Origin: Deinococcales bacterium
GTDB taxonomy: Bacteria > Deinococcota > Deinococci > Deinococcales > JAAFIG01
Direction: 5' to 3'
Assembly: GCA_043778225.1 (NCBI GenBank)
Contig: JAYWGM010000028.1
Span: 44,560 to 108,559 of the forward strand
Length of the DNA: 64,000 nt
In this document: positions 47,115 to 56,346 of the stretch, one piece after another
Numbering within the stretch: position 1 is the stretch's first letter
Layout of the letters: each line of letters begins with the position of its first letter
Program-made: the position numbers and the translations under genes
The notes under the pieces: model-generated
The model's input: only the letters and a program-made list of their open reading frames with translations
Told to the model about the DNA's origin: nothing
Database searches by the model: none

Positions 47115-49940
47115 ATGAAAAATCTGATTCTCGGCTCGAGTCTTGTTGTTCTCACGGCAGCGTTGGCAAGTTGTAATCCAACCACCCCAGAAGTTCCGTT
47201 GGCAGCCCCACAAAATATCCTGACCATCCCGGACGATAAAAACGTGACGGTACTTTGGGATGCGGTAGACGATGCTCGAGTGACTGGCTACAACGTTTAT
47301 CAAGACGGTAAAAAAGTCAATGCCACGCCAATCGCCGCTAAATCTCAAATCGTGCTTCAAGCCCTCAGCCCACGGCGTTTACAGTTTTTGGTCAGCAATG
47401 TCGCTAATCTTTCAAAATTCTCGGTGCGAGCCATCGGCACAAGCGGCGAAGGCACAACCAGTCCAGAATCGCCCAGTCGCCCAGTGGTTTGCTCGAGGTA
47501 CTTGGTCAAAGGCACGGACATGGGCGCACAATCACAAAATGTCGGGCTGACTCGAGCCGCGACTGCCTTGGGTACTGCAACTGTGCGGGTCAACGGCACA
47601 AACATTCCATTTACGGGCAGTATTTTTCAAGGCAATTTACCGAGCAGTGTGGCAGTTGGCGCTAACCTCGAGATTTTAACCGCCGACGGCGATTGCTTGG
47701 TCTATGCCCGCGACACACTACCCGAGCAGCCCGTGGTGACTGCTCCAGCCGCCGCTATTAACGTCTCGAGCGCTGTGGCGCTGCCTGTTGCTTGGACGAG
47801 CGTCACCGACCCAGACCGCTTTGTGGTCTCGGCGACTTGGCTTGAGGGGAGTGGCGGCACAGGTTGGAATTCGGTAGATTTACTTGGCACAGCCAGAACT
47901 TTTAGCATCCCAGCCAACACCTTACCAAGCAACAAAAGCGTCAAAATTCGGGTTTATGCCTATAACGATGGCACAGAAACCTTTATTGGGGCTTTTGAGA
48001 CTGGCTCGAGAATGGCAATTCGCAACGGCAACGAAACTGGCAAAGACATCACCACCACACCAGCCGCTACCGCCACCAATCCGGGGGTCAGTTGGGGCGA
48101 CCCACACCTGATTACCTTCGATCAACTCGGCTACGAATTTCAATCGGTGGGCGAATATGACCTTGGTTTCTCGAGCGACAACAAACTGCGTGTCCAAGCG
48201 CGGCATCAACCTTGGGGCAGCAGCAGCTATGTCAGTGTCAACACCGCAATCGCCACACAAATGAACGGTCAAAAAGTTGGTTTGTACTTAAATCCACCTG
48301 CCGGTCAAAGCCCATTGCGCCTTGGCAATACGGGAGTTCGCACGGTTGTACCCGCCACTGGACTGGATTTAGGAGCAGGGTTCAAAGTCACCCTAGCTGG
48401 CTCGAGCTACACATTTAGCTACCCAGACGGCGACAAAATGGTGGTTGACATGGCTGGTAGCTACATCAATGTTAAAGTCTATCCAATCACAACTCGAGCG
48501 GGCAGCATGAAAGGTTTACTTGGTAACTTCGATGGCAACCTCAGCAACGAATTTATCAAGCGCGATGGTGGTGCTTTCCCACCGCTCACAACCCTTGCTT
48601 TAATCCAAGAATACGCCACTTCATGGAAAATCCCGACGGTTGCAGATTCACTGTTTGTCTACGATGGCACAGAAGCCTTTGGTGGTTTTAACAACGCCAG
48701 TTTCCCGAGTGCCACACCGCCAGCCGACCCAACCGCCTTTGCGGCTGCCCAAGCTGAATGCACCAGAGCAGGTGTGCAGCCAAAAAATATCGATGGTTGT
48801 GCCACCGATAAAACCCAGACTGGCAACAACGACTTTGTGACTGGTGCAGCCACGATTCAACAACCCGCCGATGTGATTGCCGTGACACCAACTGCTAAAC
48901 CCGATTTAATCATCCAAAGCGCGACCCTCAGCCTTGGCAACGTCTGCCGCCCGTACAATACTTTTGTCAGTGGCAGCGTTGTGGTCAAAAATATCGGTGC
49001 TGCCACCGCCGCCGCTCGAGCCGATGTCGGTGTGGTGCAACTGGTGGATGCTCGAGACGAACTGCTCGGGGCTGGCTACCGAGGCAACGGCGTGGGCATT
49101 CCAGAACTTGCTGCGGGTGCTTCGGCTACCGTGTCCGTCAATATCTTCTATCCGATTAGCACCCCAGAAGACACCGAAGGGCTGCGTCAGTACATTGCTC
49201 GAGTAGACATTGGCAACTGGTACGACGAATCTGTAGAGACCAACAACCGTTTTGCCACGACCCTCGAGATAACCATTCCAAATGGACACTGCAAAAACCG
49301 TGTTGGGCTGATTCACGGTGTAACCACCAGCGCCGCCACCGCTTACAAAACGGGTTTAGAGAATAAAGGAATGCGCATTAGCCTACTGCCAATCTCTGGC
49401 TTAAACGCCAACAGCGCCGCCACCTTAGCCACTTACGATATGCTGATGGTGGATACCAACACTGGCAATTTGAACACTTGGGAAGGCAGCAGCGATGTCC
49501 AAAACGCCATCCGCACGGCTGGTCGTCCACTACTTGGCATCGGTGAAGGTGGCTATGCCTACCTTGGCAAGTTCGGTTCGCCAATCGGCTGGGCAAATGC
49601 TTGGCACATCCCAACTGGCGCAACCAGCTTTGCGATTCCTAGTCCAGCCCACCCGACCAACAGTGGCATCTTCTCAATCATCAGCAGCGCTGGCAGTGTG
49701 ACCGTCTCGAGCAGCAATATGCCCTACTTGGCAATTAACCTTCCACCCACAGTTGCCTCGACCCTACAATTGGTCGCCCGTCAACCAGACGATGCCACCC
49801 ATTACATCAGCGTTCTCAACACCAAGCCAACCGCAACCACAGGCGCAACCGAAGCCATTTGGGGCTTTGACGGAATGCCGAGCTACACCGACAATGGGTG
49901 GAATGCACTGGCAAACTTAGGTTGGTTTATGCTCCCATAA
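47115..49940 (+). CDS. Multidomain lipoprotein with FN3-like, VWD and CARDB domains
   Basis: Lipobox LASC; VTGYNVY; WGDPHLITFD and GLLGNFDG (VWD); KPDL...VKNIG...ESVETNN (CARDB); AGGAG RBS. Confidence 0.8.
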   Translation: MKNLILGSSLVVLTAALASCNPTTPEVPLAAPQNILTIPDDKNVTVLWDAVDDARVTGYNVYQDGKKVNATPIAAKSQIVLQALSPRRLQFLVSNVANLSKFSVRAIGTSGEGTTSPESPSRPVVCSRYLVKGTDMGAQSQNVGLTRAATALGTATVRVNGTNIPFTGSIFQGNLPSSVAVGANLEILTADGDCLVYARDTLPEQPVVTAPAAAINVSSAVALPVAWTSVTDPDRFVVSATWLEGSGGTGWNSVDLLGTARTFSIPANTLPSNKSVKIRVYAYNDGTETFIGAFETGSRMAIRNGNETGKDITTTPAATATNPGVSWGDPHLITFDQLGYEFQSVGEYDLGFSSDNKLRVQARHQPWGSSSYVSVNTAIATQMNGQKVGLYLNPPAGQSPLRLGNTGVRTVVPATGLDLGAGFKVTLAGSSYTFSYPDGDKMVVDMAGSYINVKVYPITTRAGSMKGLLGNFDGNLSNEFIKRDGGAFPPLTTLALIQEYATSWKIPTVADSLFVYDGTEAFGGFNNASFPSATPPADPTAFAAAQAECTRAGVQPKNIDGCATDKTQTGNNDFVTGAATIQQPADVIAVTPTAKPDLIIQSATLSLGNVCRPYNTFVSGSVVVKNIGAATAAARADVGVVQLVDARDELLGAGYRGNGVGIPELAAGASATVSVNIFYPISTPEDTEGLRQYIARVDIGNWYDESVETNNRFATTLEITIPNGHCKNRVGLIHGVTTSAATAYKTGLENKGMRISLLPISGLNANSAATLATYDMLMVDTNTGNLNTWEGSSDVQNAIRTAGRPLLGIGEGGYAYLGKFGSPIGWANAWHIPTGATSFAIPSPAHPTNSGIFSIISSAGSVTVSSSNMPYLAINLPPTVASTLQLVARQPDDATHYISVLNTKPTATTGATEAIWGFDGMPSYTDNGWNALANLGWFMLP

Positions 49941-50305
49941 GAAATAGTATCTCGAGAAAGCGTGACCAAATAGGTCACGCTTTTTCTTTGGAGAACGCGA
50001 GAATTTACGCTCGAGCGCTCCTCGTAATTCCTTGGCTTTCTCGAGTACCAATGTCTGCGCCTGTTCTAAACTCGTGCCATGGCTAAAGCCCTCACCTGCT
50101 AAATATGCTTTGCTGCGTTCATCATCTGGAATTAAAAAATGAATGTGCCAGTCTCCGCCTGTGGAACGGCTTTGCCCGCCTGTGCTGCGCTGTTTTTTTG
50201 TTTACGCCTTGAGGCATCTATTGGCTCGAGCCGCAAAAAAACAATGTAATCCTCGAGTATCGCACGGTAAGAGGTGTCGTTATCCGTTTCTATTTCAGTC
50301 CACAT
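49917..50305 (-). pseudogene. Small frameshifted hypothetical gene
   Basis: MWTEIETDNDTSYRAILEDYIVFLRLEP... continues in the -1 frame as ...DWHIHFLIPDD...LVLEKAKELRGALERK; an A7 run sits at 50193-50199. Confidence 0.35.
49957..49985 (+). terminator. Intrinsic terminator
   Basis: AAAGCGTGACC AAATA GGTCACGCTTTTT. Confidence 0.88.
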
Positions 50306-50331
50306 CCTAAGACTTTACCGCAAGCCCTAAT

Positions 50332-52569
50332 TTAGTGCGCTGCGCCTGGTTGTTCGTCACGTAGGATTACTTTAGGCAGAAATATCGTGATGAAACAACC
50401 CAGTAAGGCAATCAAAACCGCAATTTGAAACATTTTTGAGATGGCTAATGTAAATCCGTCTTTGAGCGCAATGCCAACTTGGTCAATGCTCTTAAACGCC
50501 AATACTTGCGCTTGGTTCAGTCCGTTTAGAGCAGCTTCTAAGGCGCTTCTGGTGGCTGTTTTTATAGCGCTGACTTCTCCACGCTCGAGTCCGTCGAGTG
50601 CAGATGTCAAGGCGGTTTGGGTAGCCGTTTTAATGGCTATTTTTTGGGCAGTCTCGAGTTGTGTTTTTATAGCACTCAGGGTTTGTGGTGCGCCTAAGGC
50701 TTGGAATGGAATGCGCTGTAAACCTATTCGCAGTTGCTCGGGTAATCTCGAGTCGTTTAGTAATCCCTGCCATGCTTGTGGGCTGCGGCTCGAGATGACG
50801 GCTTCTATGGCTTTGAGTTGGGCGTTGAAGCCAGTTGCGATTTGGCTTTGAATACTGCCGTTTGCAAATCTGGTTTTGATTTCAGATGATGTATTCTGAT
50901 CTTTTAATAAGGTGTTAATTGCCTTCTGGTCAGCGTTTTGAATGGCTCGAGTGGTCAAGTCACGCTGAACCTTAAATACTTGGCTGATTTGATTTTGAAT
51001 GCTGCCTTGTGCAAATCTTTCTTTGGTTTCTGGTGGTGTATTCTGGTCAGCCATTAACGTGGCAATGGCTTTAATATCTCCATTTTGAATCGCAGCCGTA
51101 ACTAAGGTTTTTTGCAACTCGAGGTTGGTGGCAATTTCGCGTTTGATGGTTTCTGGTTCAAATTTTGTAACACTTGCACCTTTGCCTCCGCCCGAGCCTG
51201 TGTTGGCAAATTGGGCTTTGAGGTTGGCTGGTAAGGCTGCGGTAGCTGCCTCAAGTCGTGGTTGTAATTCTTTGGTGATGCCGTCTGCAAAAACACTTCC
51301 TAAAACTGCCAGTCCAATGGTTAAGCCGATTTGTCTAAAAAAACCATTTGCTCCTGTTGCCTCACCTATTCTCGAGGGTTCGACAGCGCTTTGGACAGCC
51401 AGTGTAAACAATGGAATGGCTGGTCCTAGTCCAAATCCGAGCAAAACCATTTTCCAAGTGAGTTCTAAGGTACTGCTTTGGGCGCTCAGGGTTGTGCCAA
51501 GTAACAAGTACCCTATAACGCACAACACTCCTGCGCCTATTAAAATACCTTTGACACTGCCAAGTCTGGATGCCAATGCACCACTGACAATGTTACCCAG
51601 AACAATTCCAAAACTGAGCGGTAGGATTGTTAAGCCCGAGTTGGTGGCGCTTAAACCAACCACATTGACCATAAAAACAGGTAGGAAAATAATTGCCCCT
51701 AAAAAAACACCACCAAACACAAACGATCCAAGGTTAGCAATGGTAAACGTCTGATTGCGAAATAAGCGCAACTCGAGAATCGGTTCTTGGACACGTAATT
51801 CTGTGACAATAAACGCAATTAAACCAACCACGCTGAGTGCAAACAAACCTAGAATTTCGATGGATAACCAAGCAAAGCTAAGTTCATTTGCAATTGGGTT
51901 ACTCGAGCCAAAACTCAGGGCTAGAAGTAACGGAAAGACAAAGACTGCCAGCCAGAAAACGCCAAGCCAATCTATTTTGCCGTTTGGATTACCAAATCGC
52001 AATTCGGGCATTTTACTGGCAATAAATGCTAAGGCAATTAAACCAATCGGTAGGTTCACAAAGAAAATCGATTGCCAGCCAAAAGTATCAGTTAGCCATC
52101 CTCCCAAAAGTGGTCCAACAACACTGGACATTCCAAAAGTTGCACCAAAAATCCCTTGGTATTTGCCGCGTTCGCTGGGTGGGAAAATATCGGCTATTAC
52201 GGCAAAACACGTGTTAATCAGCGCCCCTGCGCCAAGTCCTTGAATCAGCCTCGAGACAATCAGGGTTATTGCACTGTTAGAAATTCCGCAGAGCATCGAG
52301 CCAATTAAAAACAGTACAATGCCAATCAGTAATACGCGTCGCCGTCCAAAAATATCACCCATTTTACCGTAAATCGGCAATGTCACCACTTCACCGACCA
52401 GATAGGCGGTGGTGATCAGGGTGTAAAACGCACTGTTAATCTCGAGTTTTTGTTGAATAACTGGTCCAGCACTCGAGACAATGGTTGAGTCTAGGGCAGC
52501 CAGTAAAAGTGCAAGCAATGAGCCTATGACAGTAAATGTTTTTTGTTGCGTGGTTAAAGTTGTTATCAT
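50332..52569 (-). CDS. DHA2 (EmrB/QacA) MFS efflux transporter with a large repeat-containing insertion
   Basis: AALDSTIV, GKMGDIFGRR, GPLLGG, WQSIFFVNLPIG; AGGAG RBS before 52569. Confidence 0.9.
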   Translation of the reverse strand: MITTLTTQQKTFTVIGSLLALLLAALDSTIVSSAGPVIQQKLEINSAFYTLITTAYLVGEVVTLPIYGKMGDIFGRRRVLLIGIVLFLIGSMLCGISNSAITLIVSRLIQGLGAGALINTCFAVIADIFPPSERGKYQGIFGATFGMSSVVGPLLGGWLTDTFGWQSIFFVNLPIGLIALAFIASKMPELRFGNPNGKIDWLGVFWLAVFVFPLLLALSFGSSNPIANELSFAWLSIEILGLFALSVVGLIAFIVTELRVQEPILELRLFRNQTFTIANLGSFVFGGVFLGAIIFLPVFMVNVVGLSATNSGLTILPLSFGIVLGNIVSGALASRLGSVKGILIGAGVLCVIGYLLLGTTLSAQSSTLELTWKMVLLGFGLGPAIPLFTLAVQSAVEPSRIGEATGANGFFRQIGLTIGLAVLGSVFADGITKELQPRLEAATAALPANLKAQFANTGSGGGKGASVTKFEPETIKREIATNLELQKTLVTAAIQNGDIKAIATLMADQNTPPETKERFAQGSIQNQISQVFKVQRDLTTRAIQNADQKAINTLLKDQNTSSEIKTRFANGSIQSQIATGFNAQLKAIEAVISSRSPQAWQGLLNDSRLPEQLRIGLQRIPFQALGAPQTLSAIKTQLETAQKIAIKTATQTALTSALDGLERGEVSAIKTATRSALEAALNGLNQAQVLAFKSIDQVGIALKDGFTLAISKMFQIAVLIALLGCFITIFLPKVILRDEQPGAAH

Positions 52570-52597
52570 TTTTTCTCCTGAGTTCATTTAAGTTTCC

Positions 52598-52615
52598 TTA
52601 CCAACCGCTCGGTAA
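52598..52615. promoter_or_regulatory. Probable TetR operator upstream of the MFS gene
   Basis: Palindrome TTACCAACCGCTCGGTAA; a second copy lies at 53231. Confidence 0.7.
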
Positions 52616-52630
52616 TCTAATAGGCAAATG

Positions 52631-53221
52631 TTAAGGCATCTTGACCTCTTGACTGTAAATCCCATACCCCAAGAGTTCGATAACTTTTTCAGGCAAAGCG
52701 TCAAAGGTTTGCCATTGTGTAATGGTGGCAAATTCGGAGACCAAACCCATAAATGCCCAAGTTGCAAATTGAGTGTCCAGAATTCGTAATTCGCCACTTT
52801 GAATACCAGCTTCAAAAACGGCTTTGACTTGGGCGAATAATCGATCTTGAAAATGCCTAAAAAGTTGATCTTGGTGGTCTTGGCTCATAAATCGCAAAGC
52901 ATCCCGCAGCATTCGTTGGGTGTGATGCTGCTCGGTAAAAACCCATCTTGCAATCGCCGTCAGTTGAGCTTGAACACCAGAATTTGTGCCTACCGCAGTG
53001 CTAAAACCTATTTCGTCTCGAGCCAAAACCTGCTCGGCAATGTCGAGCATCATTTCTTCTTTGCCCTTTGGAAAATGATGATACAAACCCGCTTTTTTTA
53101 AGCCAGCCCCTCGAGCCACTTGTTCCATTGAAACGCCCAAGTAACCTTGGTCACGCAATAATGCTTCGGCGACCTCGAGAATTCGTTGGCGTTTACTGAT
53201 TGGCTGGGTTATTTGTTTCAT
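52631..53221 (-). CDS. TetR/AcrR family regulator
   Basis: RILEVA...GYLGVSMEQVARGAGLKKAGLYHHF. Confidence 0.92.
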   Translation of the reverse strand: MKQITQPISKRQRILEVAEALLRDQGYLGVSMEQVARGAGLKKAGLYHHFPKGKEEMMLDIAEQVLARDEIGFSTAVGTNSGVQAQLTAIARWVFTEQHHTQRMLRDALRFMSQDHQDQLFRHFQDRLFAQVKAVFEAGIQSGELRILDTQFATWAFMGLVSEFATITQWQTFDALPEKVIELLGYGIYSQEVKMP

Positions 53222-53230
53222 CAGATTTCC

Positions 53231-53248
53231 TTACCGAACGGTTGGTAT
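53231..53248. promoter_or_regulatory. Probable TetR autoregulatory operator
   Basis: TTACCGAACGGTTGGTAT, 10 nt upstream of the tetR start. Confidence 0.7.
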
Positions 53249-53380
53249 CTTAACGACCCAAGCTAAAAGAGATATAATCGCAAAGCACAATTCATACCAA
53301 ATTATTTATGGTCATGCTCGATAGAACCTCCGACAGGTCTTGATTTTAGAATTTTTCATCGAATCTACAAACGGAAAAAC

Positions 53381-53567
53381 AGGGCGAACACGGGGGTCTC
53401 TTGACCATAAACCATATACGCGCACCTGATGGGCATAGTCGCTCGCCCCTACCCAACGTATTTTCATACCCTTTTTGTAGGGGCAGGCGACCCAGCCCAT
53501 CAGGTGCATCTTTAGCGACCCAAGCCCGTTAGGTGCTGCTTTGAGGGTCAAGAAGCTGTGTCTGTCC
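53381..53567. repeat. Pair of GTAG-type REP hairpins, each interrupted by mini-elements
   Basis: AGGGCGAACACGGGGGT|TCGCCCCTAC with an insert at 53398-53442 (minus); GTAGGGGCAG|GCTGTGTCTGTCC with inserts at 53487-53554. Confidence 0.75.
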
Positions 53568-53701
53568 AGTCACAACGATGATGTTTCATTCTTTCGGAGG
53601 CTCTAATGCTCGAGATGACACGGAATTCTAATTAATCATCGCAAGGACACATCCATTTTGGTCACGCCTTTTTTTGGTTCAACTCGAGTATTCTAAAAAG
53701 C

Positions 53702-55228
53702 ATGGATGTTATTTGGGTTGGGGCTGCTTATGTCACAGGATGGCTCGGTATGCGCCTTGGATTCCCGCCTTTGGTTGGGTATTTGCTGGCTGGTTTTGGG
53801 CTGTATTTGTTTGGCATTCGCAGCAATGATGCGCTGCATAACTTAGCCGATATTGGTGTCTGGTTGCTGCTATTTACGGTTGGCTTAAAGTTGCGCTTAC
53901 AAAATTTAATCCGCCCAGAAGTCTTAGGGGTCGGTGGAATCCATGTGGTGGTCTCGAGCGCAATTATGGTTGGCGTGATGGTGGCTTCCTTGGGTTTTGG
54001 CAGTGCGCTCTATGTGGCGGCTGGCTTAGCCTTCTCGAGTACGGTCTTAGCCATTAAACTGCTCGAGGACAAACGCGAACTCAATTCCTACCATGGGCGG
54101 GTGGTGGTTGGAATTTTAATTTTGCAAGACCTTGTAGCGATTGGCTTACTTATTTTTGCAGGCGCAAAACAACCGACCCTCTGGGCATTTGGCTTTTTAG
54201 CTGTGCCACTACTGCGCCCAATGGTGCTGCGCCTCCTTTCTAAAAGTGGTCACGATGAATTGCTATTACTTTTTGGCTTATCGTTGGCTTTGGCTGGCGG
54301 CACATTGGCAAAAGAGGTGGGCATCAGCCCAGAACTTGGGGCATTGGTTTTTGGCGCGGTTCTGGCTGGACACGAGCGCACCAGCGAACTCAGTCGGGTG
54401 TTGTGGGGCTTAAAAGAAGCCTTTTTGGTGGCGTTTTTCTTGACCATTGGCTTAGGCGGATTGCCGCCGCTCGAGTTAATTGGCTGGCTGCCGATTTTTT
54501 TATTGGTGCTGCCGTTGCAAGGCATTTTATTTTTCTTTTTGTTTATTCGCTTTGGACTTCGCGCCCGCACCGCTTTTGTTGCCAGTGCCGCCTTAGCCAG
54601 TTACGGTGAATTTGCTTTAATTGTAGTGAAACCCTTAATCGAGACTGGGCAACTCGAGCCGGGCTGGGTCAGTTTACTTGGGGTGACAATTGCTATTTCC
54701 TTAGCCATTGCCGCACCTTTTAATCGAGCCGTTCACATGATTTACGAGCGCCTCGAGCCGTGGTTGCTGACCTTTGAGGGCAAAAACACCAAAATTGACC
54801 GTGAACCGACCAGTTTAGGTAAAGCCAAATGGCTGGTGATTGGCATGGGACGCACCGGCGGAGCAGCTTACAAGCAACTTGAGTTAGGCGGACAACGGGT
54901 GATTGGTTTAGATTCCGACCCCGAAAAACTCGAGCGACACCGCGCCAAAGGCAGACGGGTTCTATACGGCGATGCCGAAGACCCTGAATTGTGGGAACGG
55001 CTTGAGTTAAGCGGGCTAAGTGGCATCATTGTGACTGCACCAGACTTTGAAGCGCGAATTCGATCTTTGGAAGGCTTAAAGCGCCGTCGTTTTGCTGGCA
55101 AAATTGCGGTCTTATCGCACCACACCGAAGAAGAAGCCAGCCTCGAGCAAGCTGGCGCAACCCTGATTTTTAGACCGTTTTCCGAAGCTGGCGAACGCCT
55201 TGCTCAACGCGCCCTCGAGATGGTCTAA
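53702..55228 (+). CDS. CPA2 cation:proton antiporter with a TrkA-N domain (Kef-like)
   Basis: PPLVGYLLAG, FSSTV, GILILQD, IGMGRTG, YGDAED. Confidence 0.88.
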   Translation: MDVIWVGAAYVTGWLGMRLGFPPLVGYLLAGFGLYLFGIRSNDALHNLADIGVWLLLFTVGLKLRLQNLIRPEVLGVGGIHVVVSSAIMVGVMVASLGFGSALYVAAGLAFSSTVLAIKLLEDKRELNSYHGRVVVGILILQDLVAIGLLIFAGAKQPTLWAFGFLAVPLLRPMVLRLLSKSGHDELLLLFGLSLALAGGTLAKEVGISPELGALVFGAVLAGHERTSELSRVLWGLKEAFLVAFFLTIGLGGLPPLELIGWLPIFLLVLPLQGILFFFLFIRFGLRARTAFVASAALASYGEFALIVVKPLIETGQLEPGWVSLLGVTIAISLAIAAPFNRAVHMIYERLEPWLLTFEGKNTKIDREPTSLGKAKWLVIGMGRTGGAAYKQLELGGQRVIGLDSDPEKLERHRAKGRRVLYGDAEDPELWERLELSGLSGIIVTAPDFEARIRSLEGLKRRRFAGKIAVLSHHTEEEASLEQAGATLIFRPFSEAGERLAQRALEMV

Positions 55229-55230
55229 AG

Positions 55231-55313
55231 TTTCGTTGCGAAATCTAATGCTTTCGCAAACCTTTCGTATTTAGTCTCAAAACTTGACAAATGAAAGTCT
55301 GATTCCTTAGACT
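55231..55313 (+). promoter_or_regulatory. Sigma70-type promoter of the iol operon with upstream TTTCG repeats
   Basis: TTGACA (55284)-N18-TAGACT (55308); three TTTCG motifs upstream, plausible DeoR-family sites. Confidence 0.6.
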
Positions 55314-55344
55314 GCTCAAAATTTAACCTAACCTTTGGAGAACC

Positions 55345-56346
55345 ATGAGTATTGGAGTCGCATTTATTGGCGCAGGACGGATGGGCTTAACCCACGCACA
55401 AACCCTTGGCAACATTGCAACCGCAAAAGCCATTGTGGTTGCCGACGCAAACCTAGAGGCTGCCCAACGCGGTCAAACCTTGGCTCGAGCCGAGCGTGCC
55501 AGCACCGACATTGAAGCCGCGATTCACGACCCAGCCGTCGAGGCGGTGATGATTGTCACACCGACCGACACCCACGCCAAGCTGATTCAAATGGCAGCCA
55601 AAGCTGGCAAAGCGATTTGGTGCGAAAAACCAATTGCCTTAACTTTAGAAGAAACCAAAGCCACGCTCGAGGTTGTGAAAGCGGCGGGTGTGCCGTGCCA
55701 GATTGGTTTCCAGCGCCGTTTTGACCCCGGATACATCAAAGCCAAGCAGTTAATAGAAGAAGGCAAGCTGGGCAAGCTCGAGACTTTCAGGTCTTTGGGG
55801 CGCGATACTTATCTGCCCAACCCAAACAACATTCGTCCCGGCGGAGGAACGTTTTTGGACATGACGGTTCATGATTTTGACCTTGCCAGATTTTTGATTG
55901 GCGAAGTTCTCGAGGTCAGCGCTTGGGGGGCGGTCTTGGCGCACGAAATGTTTGCCGAAGCCGAAGATTGCGACACAGCCGTATGTATGCTTCGCTTTGA
56001 AAACGGGGTGCTGGGGGTGGTTGAGAGCGCTCGGCATTCCAATTGGGGCTACGACATTCGCACCGAAGTGGCTGGGGCAGAAGGCAAAGTGGTGATTGAA
56101 GCACCGCACAAAACGCCGTTGCAACATTTTACTGGTTTTCAGAACCAGACCGATGTCTATATCAATTTCCCAGACCGTTTTGCCGATGCCTACCGAATCC
56201 AGATGGAGGCTTTTTTTGCCGCCCTCAAGAGTGGCACAACCCCAAGTCCCGGTCCAGAAGATGCACTCGAGACCTTAAAAATCTGTTTGGCAGCCAAGCA
56301 AAGCTGGCAACAAGGTAAGCCAATCAAAGTCCAAGAAGCGATATGA
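55345..56346 (+). CDS. iolG: Inositol 2-dehydrogenase (Gfo/Idh/MocA)
   Basis: GAGRMG, CEKP, GFQRRFD, DMTVHDFD, GYDIRTE; iol operon context. Confidence 0.8.
   Translation: MSIGVAFIGAGRMGLTHAQTLGNIATAKAIVVADANLEAAQRGQTLARAERASTDIEAAIHDPAVEAVMIVTPTDTHAKLIQMAAKAGKAIWCEKPIALTLEETKATLEVVKAAGVPCQIGFQRRFDPGYIKAKQLIEEGKLGKLETFRSLGRDTYLPNPNNIRPGGGTFLDMTVHDFDLARFLIGEVLEVSAWGAVLAHEMFAEAEDCDTAVCMLRFENGVLGVVESARHSNWGYDIRTEVAGAEGKVVIEAPHKTPLQHFTGFQNQTDVYINFPDRFADAYRIQMEAFFAALKSGTTPSPGPEDALETLKICLAAKQSWQQGKPIKVQEAI

Noticed and set aside
53294..53303. Third MITE copy at ATACCAAATT
   Set aside because: Only the 10-nt end matches; there is no core motif or partner end.
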